Shown here: positions 41,535-50,896 of the stretch, in pieces | How the letters are laid out: each line of letters begins with the position of its first letter | Numbering within the stretch: position 1 is the stretch's first letter | Source: Candidatus Bathyarchaeota archaeon | Lineage (GTDB): Archaea > Thermoproteota > Bathyarchaeia > Bathyarchaeales > Bathycorpusculaceae | DNA: 64,000 bases | Reading direction: 5' to 3' | Assembly: GCA_963733095.1 (NCBI GenBank) | Contig: CAVTBV010000012.1 | Span: 64,001 to 128,000, forward strand | Position numbers and translations under genes: made by a program | Notes under the pieces: model-generated | What the model was told of the DNA's origin: nothing | Databases searched by the model: none | What the model saw: the letters and a program-made list of their open reading frames with translations, nothing else

Positions 41535-41806
41535 AAAACCTCACATTTTCCTAAACTTTGCTTTTCCCTTTCAGTACAGCCTCTTAAAAACACTTCTGCG
41601 ATGTGCTGAGAGTCTTCATTTACGGGCTTCAGTTGTTGCTGAGTTGCAACTTCATTGACTCACGATTATTGAATGAATTGAGCTAGCTTATGGAAAAAAA
41701 CTCAGTTAGTACATTGAGTTGAAATGCTTAAGAACGCAAAAGTATTTGAGAAACAGTTTTCGACTGTTTGTATTGCGCTTGCATTGGTTAGGCGGGATGT
41801 TTGTTT

Positions 41807-42688
41807 ATGAGTGAGATGAAAGGGAAAATCTGTGTTGTAACGGGCAGCAACTCTGGAATTGGGAAAGAAACTGCCTTAAGCTTGGCGAAGATGGGTGCCA
41901 ACGTTGTTATGGTTGTTCGCAATCAAGAGCGAGGCGAAAAAGCACGGTTGGAAATAGTAAAGCAAACCGGAAACAACACTATCGATTTAATGATCTGCGA
42001 CTTGTCTTCTATGGATTCAATCAGGCGATTCGCGCAGAAATTTAAGGGGAAATATAACAGACTCGATGTGCTGGTTAATAATGCTGGAGCGATGTTCAAT
42101 AAACGCGAGGTTACACCAGAAGGCTTTGAACGAACGCTTGCCGTCAATTACTTGGGACCGTTTCTACTCACACATGAGATGCTGGATTTGCTTAAATCGA
42201 GCGCTCCTTCCAGAATAATCAACGTAAGTTCAGGATTAGCCAAAAACGGCAAGGTAGACCTTGACGATCTCCAAAGCGAAAAGAACTACGCGGGAACAAA
42301 AGCTTATGCTCGAGTTCGGGCAACAGTTTACGCTAACACTAAACTGATGCTAATGATGTTTACGTATGAACTAGCAAGACGACTAAAAGATACCGGAGTC
42401 ACTACAAATGTGCTCATGCCTGGTTTTGTCGCGACTAACCTTGGAAAAAACAGCGGCAGCCTAAGTTCGTCCATTATGTTCAAAATGGTTCGTCCAATGC
42501 AGGTGAGCGCTAAGAAAGGGGCAGAAACATCAGTTTACTTGGCTTCATCTGATGAAGTTAAGGATGTTTCTGGAAAATGCTTTGCAAAGAAAAAAGAAGC
42601 CACTACATGTCCAGCGTCTTATGATGAGCCAATCCAGAAGCGATTGTGGAATGAGACGGTTGCCTTGCTTAATTTGCCCCCAACATGA
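41807..42688 (+). CDS. Short-chain dehydrogenase/reductase (retinol dehydrogenase-like)
   Basis: TGSNSGIG, NNAG, NVSS, YANTK, PGFVAT. Confidence 0.93.
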   Translation: MSEMKGKICVVTGSNSGIGKETALSLAKMGANVVMVVRNQERGEKARLEIVKQTGNNTIDLMICDLSSMDSIRRFAQKFKGKYNRLDVLVNNAGAMFNKREVTPEGFERTLAVNYLGPFLLTHEMLDLLKSSAPSRIINVSSGLAKNGKVDLDDLQSEKNYAGTKAYARVRATVYANTKLMLMMFTYELARRLKDTGVTTNVLMPGFVATNLGKNSGSLSSSIMFKMVRPMQVSAKKGAETSVYLASSDEVKDVSGKCFAKKKEATTCPASYDEPIQKRLWNETVALLNLPPT

Positions 42689-43073
42689 CTTGGAAGTTTT
42701 TTATTTCAAAGTAATGTAAGAGTTTGCCGTGGGCTGTATCCCATTATCTTCAACGATAGGCCCATGTACTCTATTTTTTCGGGATCAACTTCTACCAGCT
42801 CTACCGTCTTGGGAAACTCCTTCATGTCTAACTGCTTTGCAGTTTTTTTCCATTGGTATGATTCTAAGCCTTCTTTCAGGCTATCAGGGTCCTGTCTGGA
42901 GATTATTTTCGCTCTTCCATTTATTTGGGCGCGCGTGCTTCTAGCACCAATTTACTAGTAAAAAGATGTTGATTGTAGGATTTTGGCAAGTACGCTGAGT
43001 TGGAGAGCTGAAGGTTGAAGCACACAATAATGCGGTAAGGCTTAATTAGTGGATAAAAGTGAGACATATTTAT

Positions 43074-43093
43074 ATGTAATAATTATATTACAT
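43074..43093. promoter_or_regulatory. Inverted repeat overlapping the TATA box of the ArsR-like gene
   Basis: ATGTAATA-atta-TATTACAT adjoining ATTTATAT. Confidence 0.55.
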
Positions 43094-43112
43094 GTAATCG
43101 TGGAAAATATGC

Positions 43113-43421
43113 ATGTCAAAAATGGAACAACTATCAACGAAGCTAAAGGCATTATCTCATCCAATGGCATTGAAGATAGCAACCCTGCTAGCTAAGGAAG
43201 ACGAAGATATGTATCTAAATCAAATTGCAAAAAGGTTAGGAATCAACAGAGCGCTAGCAAAAATACACCTAAAAAAACTAGAACGAGGCGGAATCGTCAA
43301 AAGCAGAGTAGTTCTGGTTGAAGGCGAAGCACTAGCCCTCAGATACTACAAACTTCAAGACTTTGACGTTCATGTCTCTCCTGAAGTACTAAAGAAGGAG
43401 GGGGAAACATATGAAAAGTAA
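43113..43421 (+). CDS. ArsR-family winged-helix regulator
   Basis: LKALSHP..LKI...L....MY..QIA..LGI.R.L..IHLKKLE..GIV.S....RYY. Confidence 0.88.
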   Translation: MSKMEQLSTKLKALSHPMALKIATLLAKEDEDMYLNQIAKRLGINRALAKIHLKKLERGGIVKSRVVLVEGEALALRYYKLQDFDVHVSPEVLKKEGETYEK

Positions 43422-43701
43422 AAACCTTATAATTCTAAGTGTCTGGTCAGCGGTAACAATAATTTTTGCCTTACTTATAACTCTTGGAGCAGGCTACAGT
43501 GATAACCCTACACAATGGCTAATATGGATGTTTGATGATTGGTGGATTGTATTTCTGGTGACATTGATTTTTACCGGTATCGTCAGTTACTTCGTCAAGG
43601 AACCAGAAGTTAACATGCAAAGCAATCTACAAAATATAGGAGCAAAATTGGATTCACTCTCCAAAGAAGCAGCAGAAATAAAGAAAGCAATTGAAGATTA
43701 G
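43411..43701 (+). CDS. Small 2-TM membrane protein with coiled-coil tail
   Basis: GGAGG SD, overlaps the ArsR gene stop. Confidence 0.75.
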   Translation: MKSKNLIILSVWSAVTIIFALLITLGAGYSDNPTQWLIWMFDDWWIVFLVTLIFTGIVSYFVKEPEVNMQSNLQNIGAKLDSLSKEAAEIKKAIED

Positions 43702-43928
43702 GCAATAAATGTGTCCCAACCCCCTTTTTTCATTTTTGACTCATTAACTCGCATATAACCAATGCAGGTGCGATACAATGTGGGTTCAAAACGTGGGTTT
43801 TATCCTAAGAAGGTTCACTTTCGCCTATTTTTACCAGTAAAAATCTTTTGCATAATTTTAGAAAAATCGACAAGTAACCCATAATTACGCCTATTTAGGC
43901 AAAATAACCTCAACTGCAGCCTTAAAAA

Positions 43929-44040
43929 TGGCGCCGGGAGGGGGATTTGAACCCCCGTGGCCCCGAGAGGCCACAAGCTAATTGGTACCCTTATAGAGGT
44001 ATCTCCAGGCTTGCTCCCTGCCTGGCTAGGAGACCCCGGC
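43929..44040 (-). tRNA. tRNA-Ser(GGA) with a 23-nt intron at 37/38 (43980-44002)
   Basis: GCCGGGG/TCCCGGC acceptor, CAAGC-CT GGA G^A-GCTTG, long variable arm TGGCC..GGCCA, TTCAAAT, G73, CCA; relaxed BHB (CTGG/CCAA with one C.A mismatch). Confidence 0.93.
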
Positions 44041-44267
44041 AAACAAAACCAATCAACAATTCACATATTGGTTTGCACCTTTTCTCTGAGTTTAGCCCAA
44101 TTTAAAGTTTTATCGTAAAACCACTCTTTACACAGAATCGACCCAAAATCTGATGATACGACCAAAAATTTTAGTTTCTGCTAACGTACTTAGCAATTAT
44201 TTATTTTCAGTAAATACAAAACAAATTAATGGAGTAAAAATATTATTCAAGTCAGCGAGAGCACGAA

Positions 44268-44936
44268 ATGAGTAAGAAGAAATTAATGTTACTGGCTATT
44301 GGAGTAGCTATTCTGATTGTATCTTTAGCAGTGGCGTCACTGTCCATGTTGCCTGTTGGAAGCAAGGACGAAAAAATTCGTGTTGCCTGCGTTGGCGACA
44401 GCATTACAGGAGGAACCGACTATCCATCGGACCTTTGGATGCTGCTTGGCGAAAACTACACCGTCGGCAACTTTGGCGTACCCGGGTCCACGGCATCTGT
44501 TGACTCAGAAAACCCCTACATGAACAACACCGAATTCCAAAACGCCAAAAACTTCGAGCCCAACATCGTAATCATTATGCTGGGAACAAACGACGCTAAT
44601 TCACAAATTAATCCAACCCAAAAAATCGCCGTAGACGACTACGTGAAATTGGTCAAGGCATTCCAATCGCTTCCAAGTAAACCTCAGATTTACCTTGTGA
44701 AGCCGCCTCCAGTTTTCTGCAACGGAACAATTCCCAGCGCCGAATATTTCAGTGACCATGTGATACCCACCATCGAACAGGCGGCAAAACAGACTAACGT
44801 GCCAATCATAGATGTGTATTCTGCTATGGCTGACAAATCTGCTTTTTTCCCCGACGGAGTCCACCCCAATGGTCAAGGAGCTAACTTAATCGCTTACGAA
44901 ATATACAAGGCAATAACCAGTCAAAACATATCTTAG
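44268..44936 (+). CDS. Membrane-anchored SGNH/GDSL esterase
   Basis: N-terminal TM; GDSIT, NFGVPG, LGTND, DGVHP. Confidence 0.92.
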   Translation: MSKKKLMLLAIGVAILIVSLAVASLSMLPVGSKDEKIRVACVGDSITGGTDYPSDLWMLLGENYTVGNFGVPGSTASVDSENPYMNNTEFQNAKNFEPNIVIIMLGTNDANSQINPTQKIAVDDYVKLVKAFQSLPSKPQIYLVKPPPVFCNGTIPSAEYFSDHVIPTIEQAAKQTNVPIIDVYSAMADKSAFFPDGVHPNGQGANLIAYEIYKAITSQNIS

Positions 44937-44955
44937 CAGGGGTTTGCGCTGTTTT

Positions 44956-44990
44956 AGCGGTTCTGTCCCCAGCAGAGCAACCGCTTTTTT
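44956..44990 (+). terminator. Hairpin plus T-run downstream of the SGNH gene
   Basis: AGCGGTT...AACCGCT followed by a T-run. Confidence 0.4.
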
Positions 44991-45058
44991 CCGTGCTATA
45001 AGTCAAATCTTATTAGCCTAAAACACCCAAAGAACGGTATTAGCAAGGTGGAGCAAGC

Positions 45059-46123
45059 CTGATTCAAGAACGAATACGCCCCATTCCTGTTGACCTGATC
45101 CGAACATTAGCAATCATAGGCGTCATTACACTTCACGCTGCAAACGAGGCAATAGTCCCCCAAGCTATGACCCAGACCGAAGTTTATCGCTGGTGGATGG
45201 TTAATACCTACCAGACTCTGGGGCGAACAGGAGTTCCGCTGTTTGTAATGTTGACGGGCGCACTCTTGCTTCAACCCTCCAAGGTTGAGCCAATAAAAGA
45301 CTTTTTTAAGAAACGATGGGCAAGAATTGGTTTGCCGTTTCTGTTTTGGGGCGCCATCTACTTCGCATGGGACTATTACGCTGACCACCTCGCCCTAACG
45401 TCAAACTTTATCTTTCAAGGTATACTGACGGGTCCTTACTTTCAATTCTGGTACCTCTACATGCTTGCCGGCTTATACCTGCTAACTCCAATCCTGCGAT
45501 TAGTGGTGGCTCATGCTCCCCCTGAGATTTTCAAGTATTTCTTTGCAGTGTGGCTTTTAGGAGCCTTCATTATTCCAATTCCAGGCATTATCGGACCGTT
45601 CTACCTAGATGGAAACCTTCTGACGCTTCCCCTGTGGGCTGGATACTTCGTGTTAGGCGTATTCCTTATGTCTGTAAAGATTCGCCGACGGGTGTTGGCG
45701 GGTCTTGTGGCGCTTGGGTTAATCTTAACCTTGGTCGGAACCTACGCTATAGCCGCCACCGTCGGAGGACCGCACACCTACTACTTCCAAGACTACTTTA
45801 GCCCAACAATAATTTTAGCTTCAGCCGCCCTGTTTCTGCTCTTAAACACCCTAAAAGTTCCCAAAACTCAAGCAGAAGCACCGCACCCAAAAGTCAACTG
45901 GCTCATCAGACAAATCAGCCAGAGCACCCTTGCAATTTTCCTGTTCCACGTAATTGTCCTTGAAACCCTCCAGCGGGGCTATCTGTGGGGCTTCACAATT
46001 AGCGGCAACAACCTAAACTCCATCATCGAAATTCCTCTGGTAAGTGTGGTTACTCTGTTTATTTGCCTTGGAATAATTCTGCCCCTCAGGAAGGTACCCA
46101 TCATAAAGAACCTAATTGGCTAA
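45059..46123 (+). CDS. Acyltransferase family 3 (OafA/YiaH-like) membrane protein, apparent CTG start
   Basis: DLIRTLAI.GVI.LH motif lies upstream of ATG 45167; GVPLFVMLTGALLL, FWYLY, IFLFH; in-frame TAG at 45041. Confidence 0.88.
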   Translation: MIQERIRPIPVDLIRTLAIIGVITLHAANEAIVPQAMTQTEVYRWWMVNTYQTLGRTGVPLFVMLTGALLLQPSKVEPIKDFFKKRWARIGLPFLFWGAIYFAWDYYADHLALTSNFIFQGILTGPYFQFWYLYMLAGLYLLTPILRLVVAHAPPEIFKYFFAVWLLGAFIIPIPGIIGPFYLDGNLLTLPLWAGYFVLGVFLMSVKIRRRVLAGLVALGLILTLVGTYAIAATVGGPHTYYFQDYFSPTIILASAALFLLLNTLKVPKTQAEAPHPKVNWLIRQISQSTLAIFLFHVIVLETLQRGYLWGFTISGNNLNSIIEIPLVSVVTLFICLGIILPLRKVPIIKNLIG

Positions 46124-46190
46124 TCCTTTAGGAGTTTCTGCGGTTCATTAGAGAAATACTACTTCGATGGCATTATCAAAAAATGAAAAC

Positions 46191-47975
46191 TTAGACTCCC
46201 GCCCAGAACAGTGTTTTCTTTCGCATAAAGGAAATGAATTCTTTGAGGAGTTCTTGCTCTTCGCTATTGAGGTCATCCATGTGGGCTGTCAACAGTTTTT
46301 TCGCGTCTGCTTCAGGAACCTTCACGTACAAAACGTCACGTTCAAACACGTGCCGTCCCGCTGTGGGTTTATCCATAGAAATCGCCACCTGCATGCCTGC
46401 TTTAGCTTCGCCGATTGCTTTGCCCTTATCCTGAATCTGGTCCACTTCACCCAAATCTGAACTGTCTTCTACCCGCATAAGCGAAACTTTGGGTTTTATT
46501 CTGCCACTCAAGATTTCAACGCCGAGCACCACTGGTTTGGCACGTCGGAAAATGCAGTTGGGCAACACCGTAAGCTTTCCGGGTTTAACTAGCGCCTCAA
46601 ACTCTTCTTCGCTCTTGGCTTCGCGTTTGTTCTTTGCCCATTCCAGGTAGTTGTCTATTAGGTTGTAGATGATTGGGTCTTTGAAGATTTTAACGCCGTT
46701 TGCTTCCGCTTCGATTTCAGCATCGGGCAATACTTTAACGCCGAAGGCGAGGATTGCGCCAACTAAAGGCTGGTGAGCCTTCACCACGGAAGCCTCAATC
46801 ACGTCGCGTTTGCTGATGTCGCCGATGTCAGCGATTCGAACTTGGATGTTGTTGGCTTTTAAAATCTCAGCCATGGCTTCAAGGGAGCCTAAAGTGTCAG
46901 CTTTTACTATGACGCCGTCGATTTCCTTGGTAATTCTAATTCTGCCGATTTCTTCCGTGATGAGCTTACAGTACTTGGCAACGTCTTCGCCCTCAGGCAC
47001 AGCAAACAACGGTGCACCCGCCAACGCACCCTCCAAATCTGGCGCAACAATCTTTACACCTGCACTAGCATAAACACACTCAACGCTTGTGAATTTGTCG
47101 CGTGGGTCACGCATCTCATCGAGCGGTTTAGGAACCAGAATCGTTCGTACACGCGCCGAGATGGGTCCGTTCTTGCCGCCGACAACTATCAAGTCGTCCT
47201 TGTGCAGGGTTCCATCGTAAACAATAGCGTTGAGCGTTAACCCTAAACCCGGTTCCTCTTTAACTTCTAAGATGGAGCCTTTTGCGGCGCCGTCCGTTGT
47301 TTGCAATCGTTTTTTGAGGAACTGCTGAGTTAACCCCACTAGAACCATAACTAATTCGGATAAGCCTTCGCCTGTTTTGGCGCTGGTCGGCACCAAAGCA
47401 ATGTTGATGGTGAAGTCGCGAATATGGTCGAATCTGTCAGTTTTGAATCCTAAACGACTAAAATCCCCCATGACCGCGTATAAGCGGTTGTCTAGCTCTT
47501 CGCGAACAAAGCTCGATTGTTCAGCATACGATTTTAGGAAGGGCGCACCTTGCTGTGCTTTCCAGCCAGGAAGGCGATCAATCTTGTTAACTGCAACGAT
47601 GAAAGGGGTTTTGCGTGCCTTAAGAATCTCGATACACTCGAAGGTTTGGGCTTCAAAACCACGCAATGCATCAACCACCAGAATAGCAATGTCTGCAACG
47701 CTGCCGCCCCGGCGCCGAAGGTTCGTAAACGCTTCATGCCCAGGCGTATCCACGATTAGTAAACCAGGAATTTCGATGCCTGTTTTAAAGTTGCCCATGT
47801 AGGGGCCGATGAGTTGTTTTAGGGTTTCCACAGGGAAAAAGCTCGCGCCGATGTGCTGAGTCATTCCACCCGCTTCGCGAACTTGCACGTTAGTTTTGCG
47901 TAATTCGTCAAGTACCGAGGTTTTGCCTGAATCTACGTGTCCAAGAACACAGACTATTGGTTGGCGCGTGGGCAT
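46191..47975 (-). CDS. infB: Translation initiation factor aIF5B (IF-2)
   Basis: RQPIV.VLGHVDSGKT, EAGGMTQHIGA, DTPGHEAF, NKID, KADTLGSLEA. Confidence 0.98.
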   Translation of the reverse strand: MPTRQPIVCVLGHVDSGKTSVLDELRKTNVQVREAGGMTQHIGASFFPVETLKQLIGPYMGNFKTGIEIPGLLIVDTPGHEAFTNLRRRGGSVADIAILVVDALRGFEAQTFECIEILKARKTPFIVAVNKIDRLPGWKAQQGAPFLKSYAEQSSFVREELDNRLYAVMGDFSRLGFKTDRFDHIRDFTINIALVPTSAKTGEGLSELVMVLVGLTQQFLKKRLQTTDGAAKGSILEVKEEPGLGLTLNAIVYDGTLHKDDLIVVGGKNGPISARVRTILVPKPLDEMRDPRDKFTSVECVYASAGVKIVAPDLEGALAGAPLFAVPEGEDVAKYCKLITEEIGRIRITKEIDGVIVKADTLGSLEAMAEILKANNIQVRIADIGDISKRDVIEASVVKAHQPLVGAILAFGVKVLPDAEIEAEANGVKIFKDPIIYNLIDNYLEWAKNKREAKSEEEFEALVKPGKLTVLPNCIFRRAKPVVLGVEILSGRIKPKVSLMRVEDSSDLGEVDQIQDKGKAIGEAKAGMQVAISMDKPTAGRHVFERDVLYVKVPEADAKKLLTAHMDDLNSEEQELLKEFISFMRKKTLFWAGV

Positions 47976-48455
47976 CTGTTTTTTTCTCCTTAAATAATTT
48001 TGATGATTGGATGATTGTTATGGCTGTTGATTAATGAATACTCATTTATCAAGGTGTTCGTTTAAGTTTTGGTTTAATTAAAGCCAAAAAAGCGACTTAA
48101 TTCGAGCACAATATCTTAAATGCGAATGGGACTAAAAAAGTTTGCAAGTGCCAAACCAATACCTTTGATTACTATTTTTAGGGTGGGATTGAACCTTACA
48201 CTGAGTGAACATATCACCCGCATTCCTCTTGCGACTCCGTAGAACTATATAGATACTTGATCGATAGCTTTACAATAAATACAACTTGCATTGGAGTTTA
48301 GTTTTGGAGATATAAAGTGTTAGGAAGGTTACTGATTTCCGCATGATGGCTTGGTTCTGATTCGAGCTAGTAAACAGAAGAGAAATTGAAAAAATATGAT
48401 ATGAAAGATTTTATATATCGAAGACCAGGTTCTATTCAACCGGAGTTTTAGCTGT

Positions 48456-49529
48456 TTGCAGAAAAAGAAACGTGATACAAGAGCTTTTATCGTAGAGAAA
48501 TATTTGGTTTGGTTGGTACTAAGAATCTGCATTCTTGTTTTTCTCTTCGTGCTGCTGGAGAGCAGTTATAGAGAAGGGGCATTCTACATCTTCGGAACGG
48601 CAGAAATTCAAACAACAATCTACATGGTTCTGCAAAAGATTTTATTCTCCGGGTTAGTGTGGTTTTTCTTAGCAGTTTCCAAAAAAATTATTGTTCCAGC
48701 AGTAATACTCTCTATTTCTCCTGTAGTTGGAAAAGTAGTAAGAGACCCTCGCTCCAGAAGTAGAACTGTCAAATCAACAAATCGATATCTAACCTACATA
48801 GTCTACTTCACTGCAATAGCGGCTCTTGTCTTAATTTGGGCTTACTCATTTATAGGCGCATGGATCGCCGGGTTTCTTGGAACTGGGATGATTGTTACAT
48901 TAACCTTCATTCTTGGCTTGTTCACATCTAGCGTTCTTGGCAACGTCTTAGCATACAGTGTTCTTGAGGGGACAAGCGAATTCAAGACCGGCGACAGAGT
49001 GCAGATTGGCGAAAGCTACGGGGACATAGTTGAGGTAGGTGTGTTTTACACAAGAATCAAAACGATAAAAGATGAAGTAATCAGCATTCCAAACTTGATT
49101 GTGATGAACAAAGAGATGAAAAATTTTAGTGCCTTAAAAGAAGTCTTGATTTATGTATCAGTCTCCTTAGGTTATGACGTTGATAAGGATCAGGCTAAAA
49201 GAATCTTAATCGAAAGTGCCGAAAAAACCAGAGGAATCTTAACAACAAACCAAAAACCAACTGATGCTCTAGGAGACATTGAAAGTGAGGAAAAAACGGA
49301 AGGACTCTTGAAAGATAGAAAACCATTCGTTTTGCTAAAAGATCTTGGAAACTATTCAGTAACTTATGAAATTAATGCCTACACTGACCAGCCTAATTCA
49401 CTTATCAACATAAAAAGCGAACTTATTGACAATATTCTGAATGAATTTAAAAAAGCAGACATAGAGATATTATCACCATTTCATGTTGCTCAACGACAAT
49501 ATCCCAAAGTTGCTGCTGTGGAAACCTAA
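48456..49529 (+). CDS. MscS-family mechanosensitive channel
   Basis: FKTGDRVQIG..YGD.VE....TRIKT...EVISIPN; start uncertain. Confidence 0.88.
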   Translation: MQKKKRDTRAFIVEKYLVWLVLRICILVFLFVLLESSYREGAFYIFGTAEIQTTIYMVLQKILFSGLVWFFLAVSKKIIVPAVILSISPVVGKVVRDPRSRSRTVKSTNRYLTYIVYFTAIAALVLIWAYSFIGAWIAGFLGTGMIVTLTFILGLFTSSVLGNVLAYSVLEGTSEFKTGDRVQIGESYGDIVEVGVFYTRIKTIKDEVISIPNLIVMNKEMKNFSALKEVLIYVSVSLGYDVDKDQAKRILIESAEKTRGILTTNQKPTDALGDIESEEKTEGLLKDRKPFVLLKDLGNYSVTYEINAYTDQPNSLINIKSELIDNILNEFKKADIEILSPFHVAQRQYPKVAAVET

Positions 49530-49839
49530 TAATATATGCGTGGGACCCTAAAGGTGAGAGATAATTAGTCATTAAGTGTACAAAGCAAGGAAAAGCAGTA
49601 GCTATTTTTCATCTAACAATTAACAATAGAACGTTTTGACTACCAACGCACATCTTCTCTCACACTACCTAACAAATCTCTTATTACGCTGCCCAATTCA
49701 CGACTACCCAAAACAATTAAATTAAAATTTTCTTGCCTTGCCAACTTAATTATAACCCATCCGGTTTACCATATTCAAGACTCTTGTCAATATCAACACC
49801 TCCATTTCAGCTGCCGAATCCAAGAGCGCGCTCTTCTAA

Positions 49840-50068
49840 GTTTACACGTGAAGAATACACGGTTTCTGGAAAAAACTTGGTTGACCGGGTTGGGGAACTT
49901 TTGCGTAAGGGAAATGTGACGCGGGTAATCGTTAAGGATGAAGCAGGTAAAACTTTGCTAGAGATTCCAGCGACGGTGAGTGTGGTTGGAGTTGTTGTGG
50001 CTTCTTGCCTGGCAGCGTTAGGTGTGTTGCTGCTTTGGTTACAAACTGCAAAATTGGGGTTGAAATAA
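49840..50068 (+). pseudogene. DUF4342-like remnant
   Basis: EEY.VSG.NLVDRV.ELL..GNVTR.IVK..G.TLLEIP.TV; no proper start and C-terminus appears frameshifted. Confidence 0.65.
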
Positions 50069-50083
50069 GAGAATAAGATTTGT

Positions 50084-50284
50084 TTATTCTGGCGGTTTAA
50101 CCAGAAGCAGAAAAACGCCCAATAGCAAAAGAATAGCGCTCAGGGCCCCGAAGAGCACGTTAAATGGCCCTAAATCGGCGGTTGTAGCTGTAAAATAGAG
50201 CATAACTGCACCGATAACTATCAAGAGTAATCCGAAGAGTCTTTCAGCTAAAGATACCCAGAATGTATCGCCTTCTTCACTCAT
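50084..50284 (-). CDS. Small 2-TM membrane protein
   Basis: 66-aa ORF with two hydrophobic helices. Confidence 0.75.
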   Translation of the reverse strand: MSEEGDTFWVSLAERLFGLLLIVIGAVMLYFTATTADLGPFNVLFGALSAILLLLGVFLLLVKPPE

Positions 50285-50450
50285 GTCTTGTTTTCTTCCT
50301 TGCGTCTTTTCTTATGCGTTTCTTTCATATAAACAAGAGGAGTTATTTTAAATTTTGGTGTGAAAATAAGGGATAATTAAAAAGTACATCTATGAGCATA
50401 AATACATTACATTTATAAAAAATAAGAGCAATTAGAGGGTGTTTTTGGTA

Positions 50451-50870
50451 ATGGTAATTGAAAACAGCGTATCCATTAAATCTATACCAAATAATCAGGT
50501 AAAAGACTATTTTATGTCATTGCACAACAATAAATCGGACACAAAGTAGAATTATGGCGCCATGATTGGGTCTTTCGTCGACTTTTTGGAAAACAAGGGC
50601 ATAGAACGCTTTGAAGATGGAACAAAACTGATGTTTGTCAGTTTCTCTCAACTAAACGATCACAAAAAACAAGAAACCTGTACATTTTCATAATTAAGAT
50701 CTTCTAAGATTATCTGGGGAAAAAGGAATTAGTCGAATATCTTTACCAAAAACCAGTGAAAGGGGCGATTACTCATCAGAATTGCTAACACCTGAAGAAG
50801 TCATGAAATTAGCGACGGAAGAGGGCAGAAGGCGAAAGATGAACAAGAGCAAATGCATTAGGCGTGAGCT
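50451..50870 (+). pseudogene. Degraded tyrosine recombinase N-terminal half
   Basis: Fragments ..TK*NY...IGSFVDFL..KG.., NLYIFIIKIF*DYLG and ELLTPEEVMKL, with stops and frameshifts. Confidence 0.55.
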
Positions 50871-50896
50871 GGTTATTCTCTGCAGATCAAGCCGAC

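Larger units (their letters stand above)
40968..43946. mobile_element. ~3 kb genomic islet integrated at tRNA-Ser(GGA)
   Basis: Bounded by an 18-bp direct repeat of the tRNA 3' end; accessory cargo; no intact integrase inside. Confidence 0.65.

Noticed and set aside
42700-42990. Minus-strand fragment (..RAQINGRAKII..KEGLESYQW..) as a PNPOx-like pseudogene
   Set aside because: Too degraded to assign by eye
43815-44042. 75-aa ORF in the ORF track
   Set aside because: It overlaps the intron-containing tRNA-Ser on the same strand
46191-47975. Inteins in aIF5B, Top6B, Lon or PolB
   Set aside because: Lengths are normal and no intein splice-junction or LAGLIDADG insertions are evident
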